Source of the DNA: Candidatus Heimdallarchaeota archaeon
GTDB lineage: Archaea; Asgardarchaeota; Heimdallarchaeia; JABLTI01
Length of the DNA stretch: 64,000 bases
Reading direction: 5' to 3'
Assembly: GCA_018238155.1 (NCBI GenBank)
Contig: JABCTZ010000046.1
Span: 256,001 to 320,000, forward strand
Shown piece after piece: positions 50,067 through 58,878 of the stretch (positions are counted from its first letter, which is position 1; each line of letters opens with the position of its first letter). The position numbers and the translations under genes are program-made. The notes beneath the pieces are model-generated. The model was not told the DNA's origin, made no database searches, and saw nothing but the letters and a program-made list of their open reading frames with translations.

Positions 50067-51251
50067 TTACTGAAGTGTTGCTAAAAGATCATTTGTTCTT
50101 TTAATCCCTTCAAGTATATCTTTCATTTCGCTTGCAAGTGAAATTCTAAGGTAATTTTCTTCAACTCCAAAAACAGAGCCAGCTGTTAAAGCGACTCCTT
50201 TCTCTTCTAGAATCTTTACTGCAAGCTCATTGGATTGCATAGAACCTTGGTATTTCATGAAAAGATAAAAAGCGCCTTTAGGTTTTCTACAAGAAAGATA
50301 ATCACATTTCTCAATCAATTCAAGAGCCTTATCACGGCGATTTTTATATTCAACAACCATTTCAATAGTTGGTTCTTCTAATTCAAGAGCTTTAATTGCT
50401 GCCCATTGGGTTGGTGTATTTACACAAGTGCTAATATTCTGTTGAATTTTATTCATAGAATCAACAAGCTCTTTGTTACCAATTGCATATCCAAATCTCC
50501 ATCCGGTCATAGCATGAGATTTACTTAAACCGTCAATAACTAAAGTTCGCTCCAATGATTGAGAGATTGATAGATATTGGTGAAATGTTCCTTCAAAAAT
50601 AATCTTCTTGTATATTTCATCAGTGATAATCATTAAATCGTTATCATTAGATAAATCATTGATGAATTTCAAAGTGTCTAAATCATAAATTGCACCAGTA
50701 GGATTACTGGGTGAATTAATTAGTATTGCTTTTGTAGTTTTATTGATTGCTTCTTTGATAGCTTCTCTTGGAAAACTAAAATCACCAAGAGGAGCTTGAA
50801 CGACTTTTGTTTCTGCACCAATATATTGAATTATTCCTGAATAACTTGGCCAAAAGGGGGAAATTACAACAATATTATCTCCTGGGTCAACTAGTGAAAC
50901 TAAGGCATTAAACAATGCTGCTTTTGCTCCTGGAGTGGTTATCACATTGCTTCTAGGGTTGATTTCTACACCAGTATCTTTTGAATGAATAGAAGCGATT
51001 TTTTCAAGCAAAGGTCGTATTCCCTTGGCAGATGTATAACCTGTTTTACCTTCTTTCATAGCATCATACGCAACCTCAATTATCTCGGTTGGCGTATTGA
51101 AATTCGGTTGACCAACTTCAAGATGAATAATATCCTTTCCAGTAGCTTCTAGGTCAGTTGATAAAATTTTCATTTTCAAAGTTCCACTAGCAGGAACACG
51201 AAGGGCACATTCTGAAAGTTTTTTATTTTTAGATGTCAAATGAAACACCAC
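50067..51251 (-). CDS. PLP-dependent aminotransferase class I/II (aspartate aminotransferase-like)
   Basis: GQPNF, NSPSNPTG, DEIY, SKSHAMTGWRFG, GAFY. Confidence 0.93.
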   Translation of the reverse strand: MVFHLTSKNKKLSECALRVPASGTLKMKILSTDLEATGKDIIHLEVGQPNFNTPTEIIEVAYDAMKEGKTGYTSAKGIRPLLEKIASIHSKDTGVEINPRSNVITTPGAKAALFNALVSLVDPGDNIVVISPFWPSYSGIIQYIGAETKVVQAPLGDFSFPREAIKEAINKTTKAILINSPSNPTGAIYDLDTLKFINDLSNDNDLMIITDEIYKKIIFEGTFHQYLSISQSLERTLVIDGLSKSHAMTGWRFGYAIGNKELVDSMNKIQQNISTCVNTPTQWAAIKALELEEPTIEMVVEYKNRRDKALELIEKCDYLSCRKPKGAFYLFMKYQGSMQSNELAVKILEEKGVALTAGSVFGVEENYLRISLASEMKDILEGIKRTNDLLATLQ

Positions 51252-51449
51252 AGATGAATACTTAACTGAATTTTTAGTTTTTGATTTGTTTTTAATGGGA
51301 ACCCATTATTGACAATCTAAATCAAACATACATTCTCATTTTTATTCATTACTATCTCTCAGCAATTATTCAATGAAAGTATATCTACTAATAGAGATTT
51401 TTACTCAAAATTCTTGCTGAAAAATTTTTATAGATTTGTTATTATATAG

Positions 51450-53108
51450 ATGAATAGTAAAAACAGAATATCCAAATCAGAAGAGGGCGGTTTAACTCTT
51501 ATGCCATGGTTTACCAAAGAAAAAAAGATTTCCTTAGAAGTGCTTTTAGAAGATCCTCCAACTGATGAAAAGAGTAGAGTAAACAATATTCACACAAGTC
51601 AAAATTCTAAACTTATTAGAGAAAAAATAAGAAGTTGGATAAAAGATAACCGGTTGGTTCTTTTCATTTGGATCCTTGCTTTAGCTTTAAGAATTATCTC
51701 AGCGATACTTAGCAAAGGATACATTCATCCTGATGAGCATTATCAATCAATTGAAGTTGTTTTTAACAAAATATATGGTTTTGGATTCGTTCCGTGGGAA
51801 TTTACCGAAGGTGCAAGATCATGGTTTTATCCGGGCATTGTTTATATCATATTTAAAGTAATGATATTTTTTGGAGCATCATCAATTGATTCAATTCTAA
51901 TCGGTGTTCGTTTATTTTCAGGTTTACTTTCAATGATATCTGTCATTGTTGCCTATTATTTCGGAAAGTTAATATTTAACAAAGAAGCTGGTTTATTTGC
52001 TACATTTTTCATTGCAGTTTGGTATGACTTTATTTTTTGGGCAACAAGAACAATGACTGACGGTTTAGCTATGAATTTTGTTTTTCTAGCAACATACCTC
52101 ATCTATAAAGGTGCTAATACAATAATAAACGATACTTCTGATACTAAAAAACAAAAACGGCAGTCTGTTGGATGTTTTATTTTTGCAGGGATGAGTATAG
52201 GAGTAGCGTTTATGTTCAAATTTCCGGCAGCGATTATTGCACTTCCATTGCTTATTTATTTAGTAATAAAGAAAAAATGGATTGGTATGTTTGTTTTTTG
52301 TTTTTCAATTCTATTTATTGTTATAATCCAAGGTTTAATTGATTTGTTTACTTGGGGAACATTCCTACATTCAGCAATAGTTTTTTTCAATTATAACATA
52401 ACAAGTGGTTCGAGTTCATTACATGGAACAGCACCCATTTATGCTTATCTTGGTTTATTTGCATACACTTATTCCTTTTTCGCATTAATGTATCTACTCT
52501 ACTTGGTCATTGGAACAAATAAAAATAAGAAAGCATTTTTCTTGATTGTGATCTCACTATTTTTTGTTCTAGTATTTAGCGTTATTGAGCACAAGGAATA
52601 TCGCTTCATATTACCTATTTTGCCATTGTTTGTCTTAATCGCAGCAAATGGCATGAATAGATATCCACAGTTTATAAAGAAAAAAAATCTTCGTAAAAGT
52701 GTTCATGTATTTACTACTTTATTCATTATTTTTAGTTCAGCTAGCATTGGTTTTTTTGACGCATCTTTTAGACCTAATTACAACTATTGCCAAACCTTTG
52801 ACTATGTAAAAAACCATGAAGAGATTACAACTGTAATTCTTATCAGAGAGAATATATTCAATACTCCTGGATACGCCTATTTAGGTTCTGAATTGCACAT
52901 TGATATAATATCTTGGTCTAAAATAGACAAAGTGTATTCAGAATTCAAGAATTCTTCAATTTGTTTTATTATGACAGAAGAAATTTTTGACAATAGACCG
53001 TGGATTGGTTTGACTTTTCAAAAAAACAATATCTCTTGTGTGTTCAGTAGTATTGGAATAATGAAACACAAAGAAGCAAAGCTATGCATATATCAAAAAA
53101 ATAACTGA
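51450..53108 (+). CDS. GT22 (Alg9/PIG-B/PIG-Z-Smp3) Dol-P-Man-type mannosyltransferase
   Basis: YIHPDEHYQSIE, PWEF..GARSW, TRTMTD, HKEYRFILP; about 11 TMs. Confidence 0.85.
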   Translation: MNSKNRISKSEEGGLTLMPWFTKEKKISLEVLLEDPPTDEKSRVNNIHTSQNSKLIREKIRSWIKDNRLVLFIWILALALRIISAILSKGYIHPDEHYQSIEVVFNKIYGFGFVPWEFTEGARSWFYPGIVYIIFKVMIFFGASSIDSILIGVRLFSGLLSMISVIVAYYFGKLIFNKEAGLFATFFIAVWYDFIFWATRTMTDGLAMNFVFLATYLIYKGANTIINDTSDTKKQKRQSVGCFIFAGMSIGVAFMFKFPAAIIALPLLIYLVIKKKWIGMFVFCFSILFIVIIQGLIDLFTWGTFLHSAIVFFNYNITSGSSSLHGTAPIYAYLGLFAYTYSFFALMYLLYLVIGTNKNKKAFFLIVISLFFVLVFSVIEHKEYRFILPILPLFVLIAANGMNRYPQFIKKKNLRKSVHVFTTLFIIFSSASIGFFDASFRPNYNYCQTFDYVKNHEEITTVILIRENIFNTPGYAYLGSELHIDIISWSKIDKVYSEFKNSSICFIMTEEIFDNRPWIGLTFQKNNISCVFSSIGIMKHKEAKLCIYQKNN

Positions 53109-53127
53109 TTTAAAAATAATAAAAATT

Positions 53128-53153
53128 ATCAACACTCTTTTCCAAGTGTTGAT
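53128..53153. terminator. Bidirectional hairpin between convergent genes
   Basis: ATCAACACT-cttttcca-AGTGTTGAT perfect 9-bp stem. Confidence 0.55.
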
Positions 53154-53192
53154 GGTAATCATTTCGTTATGAAAGAGATTTTAGACTATTAC

Positions 53193-53498
53193 TCAACCAA
53201 AGAGTGAGCTTAATCCAGATTCTTCTTCCTCTTCTTCTTCTTCTTCTGGTTCTGGGGCTGCTTTAGCTGGAGCGGCGGCAGCGGCGGCTGGGGAAGCAGC
53301 TACAGGAGCAGCGGCGGGCATTACAGCAGCAGTTTTGAGAGCCTCTTTGATGTCAACTTCACCAAGAGCAGCAACTAAACCTTTGATTCTGTTCTTGTCT
53401 GGAGTTAATCCAGCAGCAGTTAGTATTTCACCAATTGCTTTTTCAGTGACCTTTTTACCAGATGAATGTAATATTAAAGACGCATGAAGGTATTCCAT
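53193..53498 (-). CDS. rpl12: 50S ribosomal stalk protein P1 (L12p)
   Basis: MEYLHASLILH..., Ala-rich hinge, poly-Glu, C-terminal GLSSLFG. Confidence 0.95.
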   Translation of the reverse strand: MEYLHASLILHSSGKKVTEKAIGEILTAAGLTPDKNRIKGLVAALGEVDIKEALKTAAVMPAAAPVAASPAAAAAAPAKAAPEPEEEEEEEEESGLSSLFG

Positions 53499-53745
53499 TT
53501 TTGTTTTTCTCCAATTTTTTATACTATTTTTTTGTTCTAGTTTGATTTACAAGTACAAGTTACTTGCAACTATCTTGAGAAGGTTTTTGTTTCTTTTAAA
53601 AATCTTCTGTTGATAAACAAAAATACTGAACAATGCAATTTCACTTATATCAAATATTAAAACTATTGCTAAAGAAAAAATTAAATCCACAAGTATTAAA
53701 AACATGAATGAAAAATAGATTTTATACTATATCGAGGTTTAAACA

Positions 53746-54582
53746 ATGCCCCCAAAGAAAAAAAATCCTGAGAAAAAGAAGAAATCCATCCCAAAAGAGA
53801 AGATTATCAAAATGGTGAAAGATCAAGAATACGTTGATTTAGGAGAACCTTTTGGTGAGAGTGCGAGAAGATATCTTGCTTTTCAGTTAACAAAATTGAT
53901 AGATAAAAAGGAAATAACAGGAACGGTTATTACACCAGAAGGAGTTTTCATTTCTCTTTCAGCTTCCGAAGTGAAAGACATTGTTCGTTTAATTAAAGCC
54001 AAAGGCATTTCTAATCTAGAAAAACTTGCAGAAGAGAACAAGTGGAATTCAAAAGTAGTAACATTGATTGCAAAGTCACGAATCAACCTTATTCAAAGAA
54101 AAGACAACAAAGTAATCACAAGAGATTCTGCAAAAGATATTCTCTATCAAAGTGTAATTCAAGGTGTTGATATAGATATATACGAATTAGCAGAAGAATT
54201 ACAACTTAAGAAATCTATTACAAGGGAATTACTTCAATCATTAATTGATGATGGCAAGATCGAAGGTGTTTATGTAAAATCTTCCCATAAATTTCTACCA
54301 ATGGAAATGCTTGAAGAATCTATTAGAGAACTTATAGACGATTTGGAAATGCAAAAAGTTTCATCTGTAACTTTTACCGCAATAGCAGAAAATTACAGTA
54401 TTTCTGATGAACAAGTATACAATATTTTATTGAAGCTTCACAATGTGGGAGATATTGACGTTCAACTAAACATGGGTCAAAAAATTTGTTTAATCAAAGA
54501 AAATATCGAAACTGAGAAAATTATTGAAAGAATACCTGAAGAAGAGAAAAAATTAGACATTGAAGATTTAACTCAGAAATAG
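53746..54582 (+). CDS. Tandem winged-helix protein, DDRGK1/UFL1 (PCI-like WH)-like
   Basis: About four WH repeats (LIDKKEITG.., KGISNLEKLAEE, IDIYELAEELQL...LIDDGKIEG, VTFTAIAENYSIS); Lys-rich N-terminus. Confidence 0.7.
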   Translation: MPPKKKNPEKKKKSIPKEKIIKMVKDQEYVDLGEPFGESARRYLAFQLTKLIDKKEITGTVITPEGVFISLSASEVKDIVRLIKAKGISNLEKLAEENKWNSKVVTLIAKSRINLIQRKDNKVITRDSAKDILYQSVIQGVDIDIYELAEELQLKKSITRELLQSLIDDGKIEGVYVKSSHKFLPMEMLEESIRELIDDLEMQKVSSVTFTAIAENYSISDEQVYNILLKLHNVGDIDVQLNMGQKICLIKENIETEKIIERIPEEEKKLDIEDLTQK

Positions 54583-54703
54583 AAAGCCTACTAAAATGTA
54601 CAATATGTGGTTAAAAGAAAGTTTTTATGTAGAAGAAATTAAAGTGAATAAAGATTATTAATTTGTGTTAAGAATGCAGGTATAATTAATTGGAGGAAAA
54701 AAA

Positions 54704-55489
54704 TTGAGTGCGAAACCACCTAAAAAACTTAAAAAACCTAGAAAAATTCCTGATGAATATGAAATATTAGTAATTAAATTAACCATGGAACTCAAAAAAG
54801 AAGTTGGAAAAGAAATAGCAGCCTTACTTCTTGTTGGAAGCGTTGCGGATAATAACTACATGAAAGGTGACTCTGATTGCGATTTCTATTTAGTAATTAA
54901 GAAAGATAGAGATAAACAAGTAGAAATTCTCCAAAAGATTGGTCAAGTCAAAGCCAAGTTTGAGAATGATCCTCAGTATTCATCACTTCTGGATTTAATG
55001 GTCTTCTTTGAAGAAGATCTTAATGAGGAAAACATTAATGCTTCAAGTATTGTCAATTGGGTTCACATTTGGACAGGACAACAGGGAATCCTAAAAATTG
55101 GCGAAGAAAATCCATTTGATAACGTAAAAATCACTCCTTCAAAACTCAAAAAAGGAGCTACACAGATGTGTCTGGATAATGTCTTTGTTATGCGTGATGG
55201 TTTTGTAAACACTTCAGCAGGAAAGGACGAAGAATTAGCCTTTTATGCAAGCGATGCAGCAATTGGATGTGCTCAAGCATATTTGATTCACTTGGGAGAA
55301 AAGAAATTTAACAGATACAACATCCCTGAACTTTTCGCAGAAAAAAGTACTGTAAAAGTAGATTCAAATATAATTAAAAAAGCAAGAGATTATCGAGTAG
55401 GTGCAAAAATCGATGACATTCATGAATTCCTTGAAAAGTGTTACGATTTTGGCTGGGCATTATTAGAAAACATGCTAAAAGGTAAATAG
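54704..55489 (+). CDS. Pol-beta-type nucleotidyltransferase with C-terminal helical (HEPN-like/substrate-binding) domain
   Basis: LLVGSVA...GDSDCDFYLV (GS + DxD), third Asp in LLDLMV. Confidence 0.82.
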   Translation: MSAKPPKKLKKPRKIPDEYEILVIKLTMELKKEVGKEIAALLLVGSVADNNYMKGDSDCDFYLVIKKDRDKQVEILQKIGQVKAKFENDPQYSSLLDLMVFFEEDLNEENINASSIVNWVHIWTGQQGILKIGEENPFDNVKITPSKLKKGATQMCLDNVFVMRDGFVNTSAGKDEELAFYASDAAIGCAQAYLIHLGEKKFNRYNIPELFAEKSTVKVDSNIIKKARDYRVGAKIDDIHEFLEKCYDFGWALLENMLKGK

Positions 55490-55513
55490 AAATTTCAATG
55501 AAGGGAACGAAAT

Positions 55514-56179
55514 TTGGCAAGTGAAAAAATAATCGTTAGATTGAAGGACCTTATCGGTAAAACTGATTCACAAATTTACTTGATTATTGGTCCCCCTGGT
55601 TCAGGGAAGGAAGGATTTGCATTACAGTATTTAATTGATGGATTTGCTGAGAAGAATAATGGTATTTTTCTCACAACTGATAGCTTTCCAAAAGAGATAA
55701 CTGACAAGATGAAACGATTAGGTGTTGATCCTGCTACTTTTATCACTGCAAAACAATTACAATTCATTGATGTCTTCTCTTATCGTACTGGCGAAAGCAT
55801 AAAAGACAATGGCTTAACTGTAAATAGCATTCGAGAATTGACCAGTATTAGTGTAATCATCAAGAAGTTAATTGATTCTACTGAAAAACTTAGACTTGTG
55901 ATGAATACAATTTCCACAATATCTATTTATAATTCAGAAATAGCAATACTTGATTTCATTCAAGCACAAGTCGCAAGATTAAAGCAACACAACCATTGTG
56001 GAATAATCGTTGCTCAACAAGGTATGATGAATGAAAAAGTCATTCAAGGAATAAAAGCAATTGTTGATGGCGTTATTGAATTCCAATCAATTACTGACGA
56101 GAAAGGTGTATCTCAAAAAAGATTGAGAGTAGAATTTGCACCTAAAATTAAGAAGACTGGTTGGATCAATCTATACTGA
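55514..56179 (+). CDS. KaiC/RAD55-like ATPase
   Basis: Walker A GPPGSGKE, FIDVFS, Walker-B-like LVMNTIS, IVDGVIE; 24 bp after the NTase. Confidence 0.88.
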   Translation: MASEKIIVRLKDLIGKTDSQIYLIIGPPGSGKEGFALQYLIDGFAEKNNGIFLTTDSFPKEITDKMKRLGVDPATFITAKQLQFIDVFSYRTGESIKDNGLTVNSIRELTSISVIIKKLIDSTEKLRLVMNTISTISIYNSEIAILDFIQAQVARLKQHNHCGIIVAQQGMMNEKVIQGIKAIVDGVIEFQSITDEKGVSQKRLRVEFAPKIKKTGWINLY

Positions 56180-56511
56180 TAAACAACGCGTATTCCTAAT
56201 TTCGTTTATTTATTTTTTTTACTTATTCTTAAATAAAGAAAATATACTGTACATATTCTCAAATATTCGAACGTCTATTTTAATGGAGAAAAAATCACAG
56301 GCGCTTATTATCGTTGATACTGTCTTCTTTAGTCTTGACCTCATCATAGAGAATTATGTTTTTTACCATATCTATCATTAGAAAATAATAAAAGCTGTAA
56401 TCACCTAATATTTTGAAATCTCAAGGATTTTTTTTGAATCACATTTCATTGTATACAAACCTACTTATAGATTTAAATAGACCCTTGTAAAAACGTATCA
56501 AGTGGTTAACC

Positions 56512-57213
56512 ATGACAAATTGGTGGGAATATGTTCTAGCTTTATCCCCTTCTGTAGTAATTCTTGTTGCGTATTTACTTAATTACGTTCTGGGTAAAAA
56601 GAAGAACAAGCATTTTGTATTAGAAATGTTATCGAAAATAGCTGTTCCGTTAAATGATTATTGTGACTCATTTGAGAAAGTCACACAAGAAAAAGAGAGA
56701 TACCAATTAGTTTGTAAACCAAGTCAAGATTCTCCTTTGAAAGCAATGGTTGTTTTAGGAATCCCTATTGGTAGACCATTTCTCCTTCCTTTTATCTGGG
56801 ACAAAATTAGAAAACACAGAGACAAATATACTCTCTCAGCGAACTTGAAGAAAAGACCACCCTTTTCACTTGAAATTGTTTCGAGGAAACGAAAGAAGGT
56901 TCTAAAAGGTGATCAAGATTACTTCATGTCACTTAAAGAAGTAAATACAACAGGATTCCTCAATGAATTTTTCATCATTAAAACAAACAATGTTCGCTCT
57001 GCAACAAAACTGTTGTCAAATGAAAGTTTACTTAGACTTTTAGCAAAAACTCGTTCAGAAACTCTTTGGCTTTCATTAAGGTACGAGGTTAAAGAAGTTG
57101 GTATGCAATTTGAATCCATCTTTGAATATGAAGAAGAACAAATAGAGAACACTGTTGAATTGTTTTTAGAAGTAATTGATGCTATTCCATATCCGCGTAA
57201 AGGTAAATACTGA
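56512..57213 (+). CDS. N-anchored membrane protein, CCDC47/DUF1682 (PAT complex)-like
   Basis: Single N-terminal TM ending in LVAYLLNYVLGKKKN, followed by a soluble alpha/beta domain. Confidence 0.7.
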   Translation: MTNWWEYVLALSPSVVILVAYLLNYVLGKKKNKHFVLEMLSKIAVPLNDYCDSFEKVTQEKERYQLVCKPSQDSPLKAMVVLGIPIGRPFLLPFIWDKIRKHRDKYTLSANLKKRPPFSLEIVSRKRKKVLKGDQDYFMSLKEVNTTGFLNEFFIIKTNNVRSATKLLSNESLLRLLAKTRSETLWLSLRYEVKEVGMQFESIFEYEEEQIENTVELFLEVIDAIPYPRKGKY

Positions 57214-57247
57214 GACTAATAAATTATTAAGTCTCATTCTTCTTTTC

Positions 57248-58750
57248 TTATTCTTTTACTGAAAGAATTACTTCGGGTATTTTTTCAATGACATCAGTTG
57301 CAAGTAAGCTGTTACCAAAATCTTCTGCAGCAAACTCTCCTGCTTTTCCAGCTAAATAGGATGCTGCACTTGCTGCTCGAAATAGGTTTACATTTATTGC
57401 ACTTAGTGTTCCTAGAATTCCAGCTAAAACATCACCTGTTCCACCGACAGTCATTCCAACGTGACCAGTTCGATTGATTTTTGATGTTTGAGCATTAGAA
57501 ATAACATCGTATTTGCCCTTTAGGAGAATGGTAGTTTTATTTTTTTGAGCGATTTCAAAAACCTCTTCTTTCCTTTCGAACCAATTATTTGATATCTTTT
57601 TTCCGAAAAGAATTTTGAATTCACCCATATGAGGAGTAAGTACTACTTTTTTAGATTTCAAAATAGATAAATCAGTGCTTATAGCTTTCAGTGCATCTGC
57701 ATCTATTACTATCGATTTCTCTGAAGGTGTTCTCTTAATCACATCAAGTATAAACTCAAAAGTTTCAGGATTTTCACTTATACCAGGACCTATTACCATA
57801 CTATCAAATTTCTCTAACTGATCTAATATGGTATCAGAATGTTCCTTTGTTAGATAATCTCCCTTAAGTGATTTCACTATCATATTTGGTGAATCTGATC
57901 GCACAGATCTTGCTATGCTTTCCGGAATACATGTAACAACTAAATCTGCTCCTGTTCGTAATGCAGCTCGAGAAGCTAAAACGGGAGCCCCCGAGTATTT
58001 TATGCTCCCACCAACTACAAGGACCTTACCATTTTCTCCTTTATGAGAATCAGTTCTTCGTTTGGGAAATGTAGCACGTAAGTCACCTTTACCTACAAAA
58101 ATCTCTGCTTCAGGTGGAACACCTATTCTACAAATAGTTGTTTTTTCTTGCAAATCCTTTATTGTTAAGCAAGGTTTTGTATCATGAAAAGTTGCTATTT
58201 TATCCGCGTTAACCATCAATTTGGTTTTCTCAGGTATATCAGACCACATTCCTGAAGGCAAATCAACAGCAAGTGTGGGCTTGTTTGCAATGTTAATTAT
58301 TTTAATCACACTTTTAATTGGCTCATAAGGTTCATTTGTCAAACCAATGCCTAAGAGTGAATCGATGATTAAATCTACATCAAGTAATTTTTCCTTTAAT
58401 ATTTTTATCAAAGAAGAATCGGATATAATAGTTATCTCAATAGAATGCTCTAGCTGCTTTAAGATGTTAAAATTAGTTAGAGTCGCATGAGAGCGTATTT
58501 TAGATTTATGACCAACAAGGAATAATCGGACTTTTTTATTCATTGAAACAAGATGACGAGCGAGAACCATACCATCCCCTCCATTATTACCTGTTCCACA
58601 GCAAACTGCAATAAGTTTAGCATTAGGAAATTCTTTGATAGCAACTCTTGCTCCAGCTGCACCAGCATTTTCCATTAACTGTAAAACAGATAATCCTAAT
58701 TCCTCACTATTTTCATCAATAATTCGGACTTCTTCAGAAGTGATGACCAT
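57248..58750 (-). CDS. nnr: Bifunctional NAD(P)H-hydrate epimerase/dehydratase (NnrE-NnrD)
   Basis: LMENAG, GNNGGDG, DLPSG, HKGENG, GPG, DADAL, TPHMGEF, GGTGDVLAG. Confidence 0.95.
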   Translation of the reverse strand: MVITSEEVRIIDENSEELGLSVLQLMENAGAAGARVAIKEFPNAKLIAVCCGTGNNGGDGMVLARHLVSMNKKVRLFLVGHKSKIRSHATLTNFNILKQLEHSIEITIISDSSLIKILKEKLLDVDLIIDSLLGIGLTNEPYEPIKSVIKIINIANKPTLAVDLPSGMWSDIPEKTKLMVNADKIATFHDTKPCLTIKDLQEKTTICRIGVPPEAEIFVGKGDLRATFPKRRTDSHKGENGKVLVVGGSIKYSGAPVLASRAALRTGADLVVTCIPESIARSVRSDSPNMIVKSLKGDYLTKEHSDTILDQLEKFDSMVIGPGISENPETFEFILDVIKRTPSEKSIVIDADALKAISTDLSILKSKKVVLTPHMGEFKILFGKKISNNWFERKEEVFEIAQKNKTTILLKGKYDVISNAQTSKINRTGHVGMTVGGTGDVLAGILGTLSAINVNLFRAASAASYLAGKAGEFAAEDFGNSLLATDVIEKIPEVILSVKE

Positions 58751-58878
58751 TATTTGTACCCTTCAGTAAGTAGAATAACCATTTGTTCTAATAATAAATT
58801 ATTCTAATGAGCTCTAAAATCTTTTTACAATGAAATACAATCAATAATTGATTAAAAAAAGAGAAAATTACCAAAGAA

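Noticed and set aside
54704-55489. MNT-HEPN toxin-antitoxin or CBASS cyclase
   Set aside because: No RxxxxH motif, no separate HEPN gene, and no CD-NTase-length architecture or effector genes nearby.
56136-56381. 81-aa ORF between the KaiC-like and CCDC47-like genes
   Set aside because: Overlaps the KaiC 3' end, has low-complexity AT-rich composition and no SD; likely spurious.
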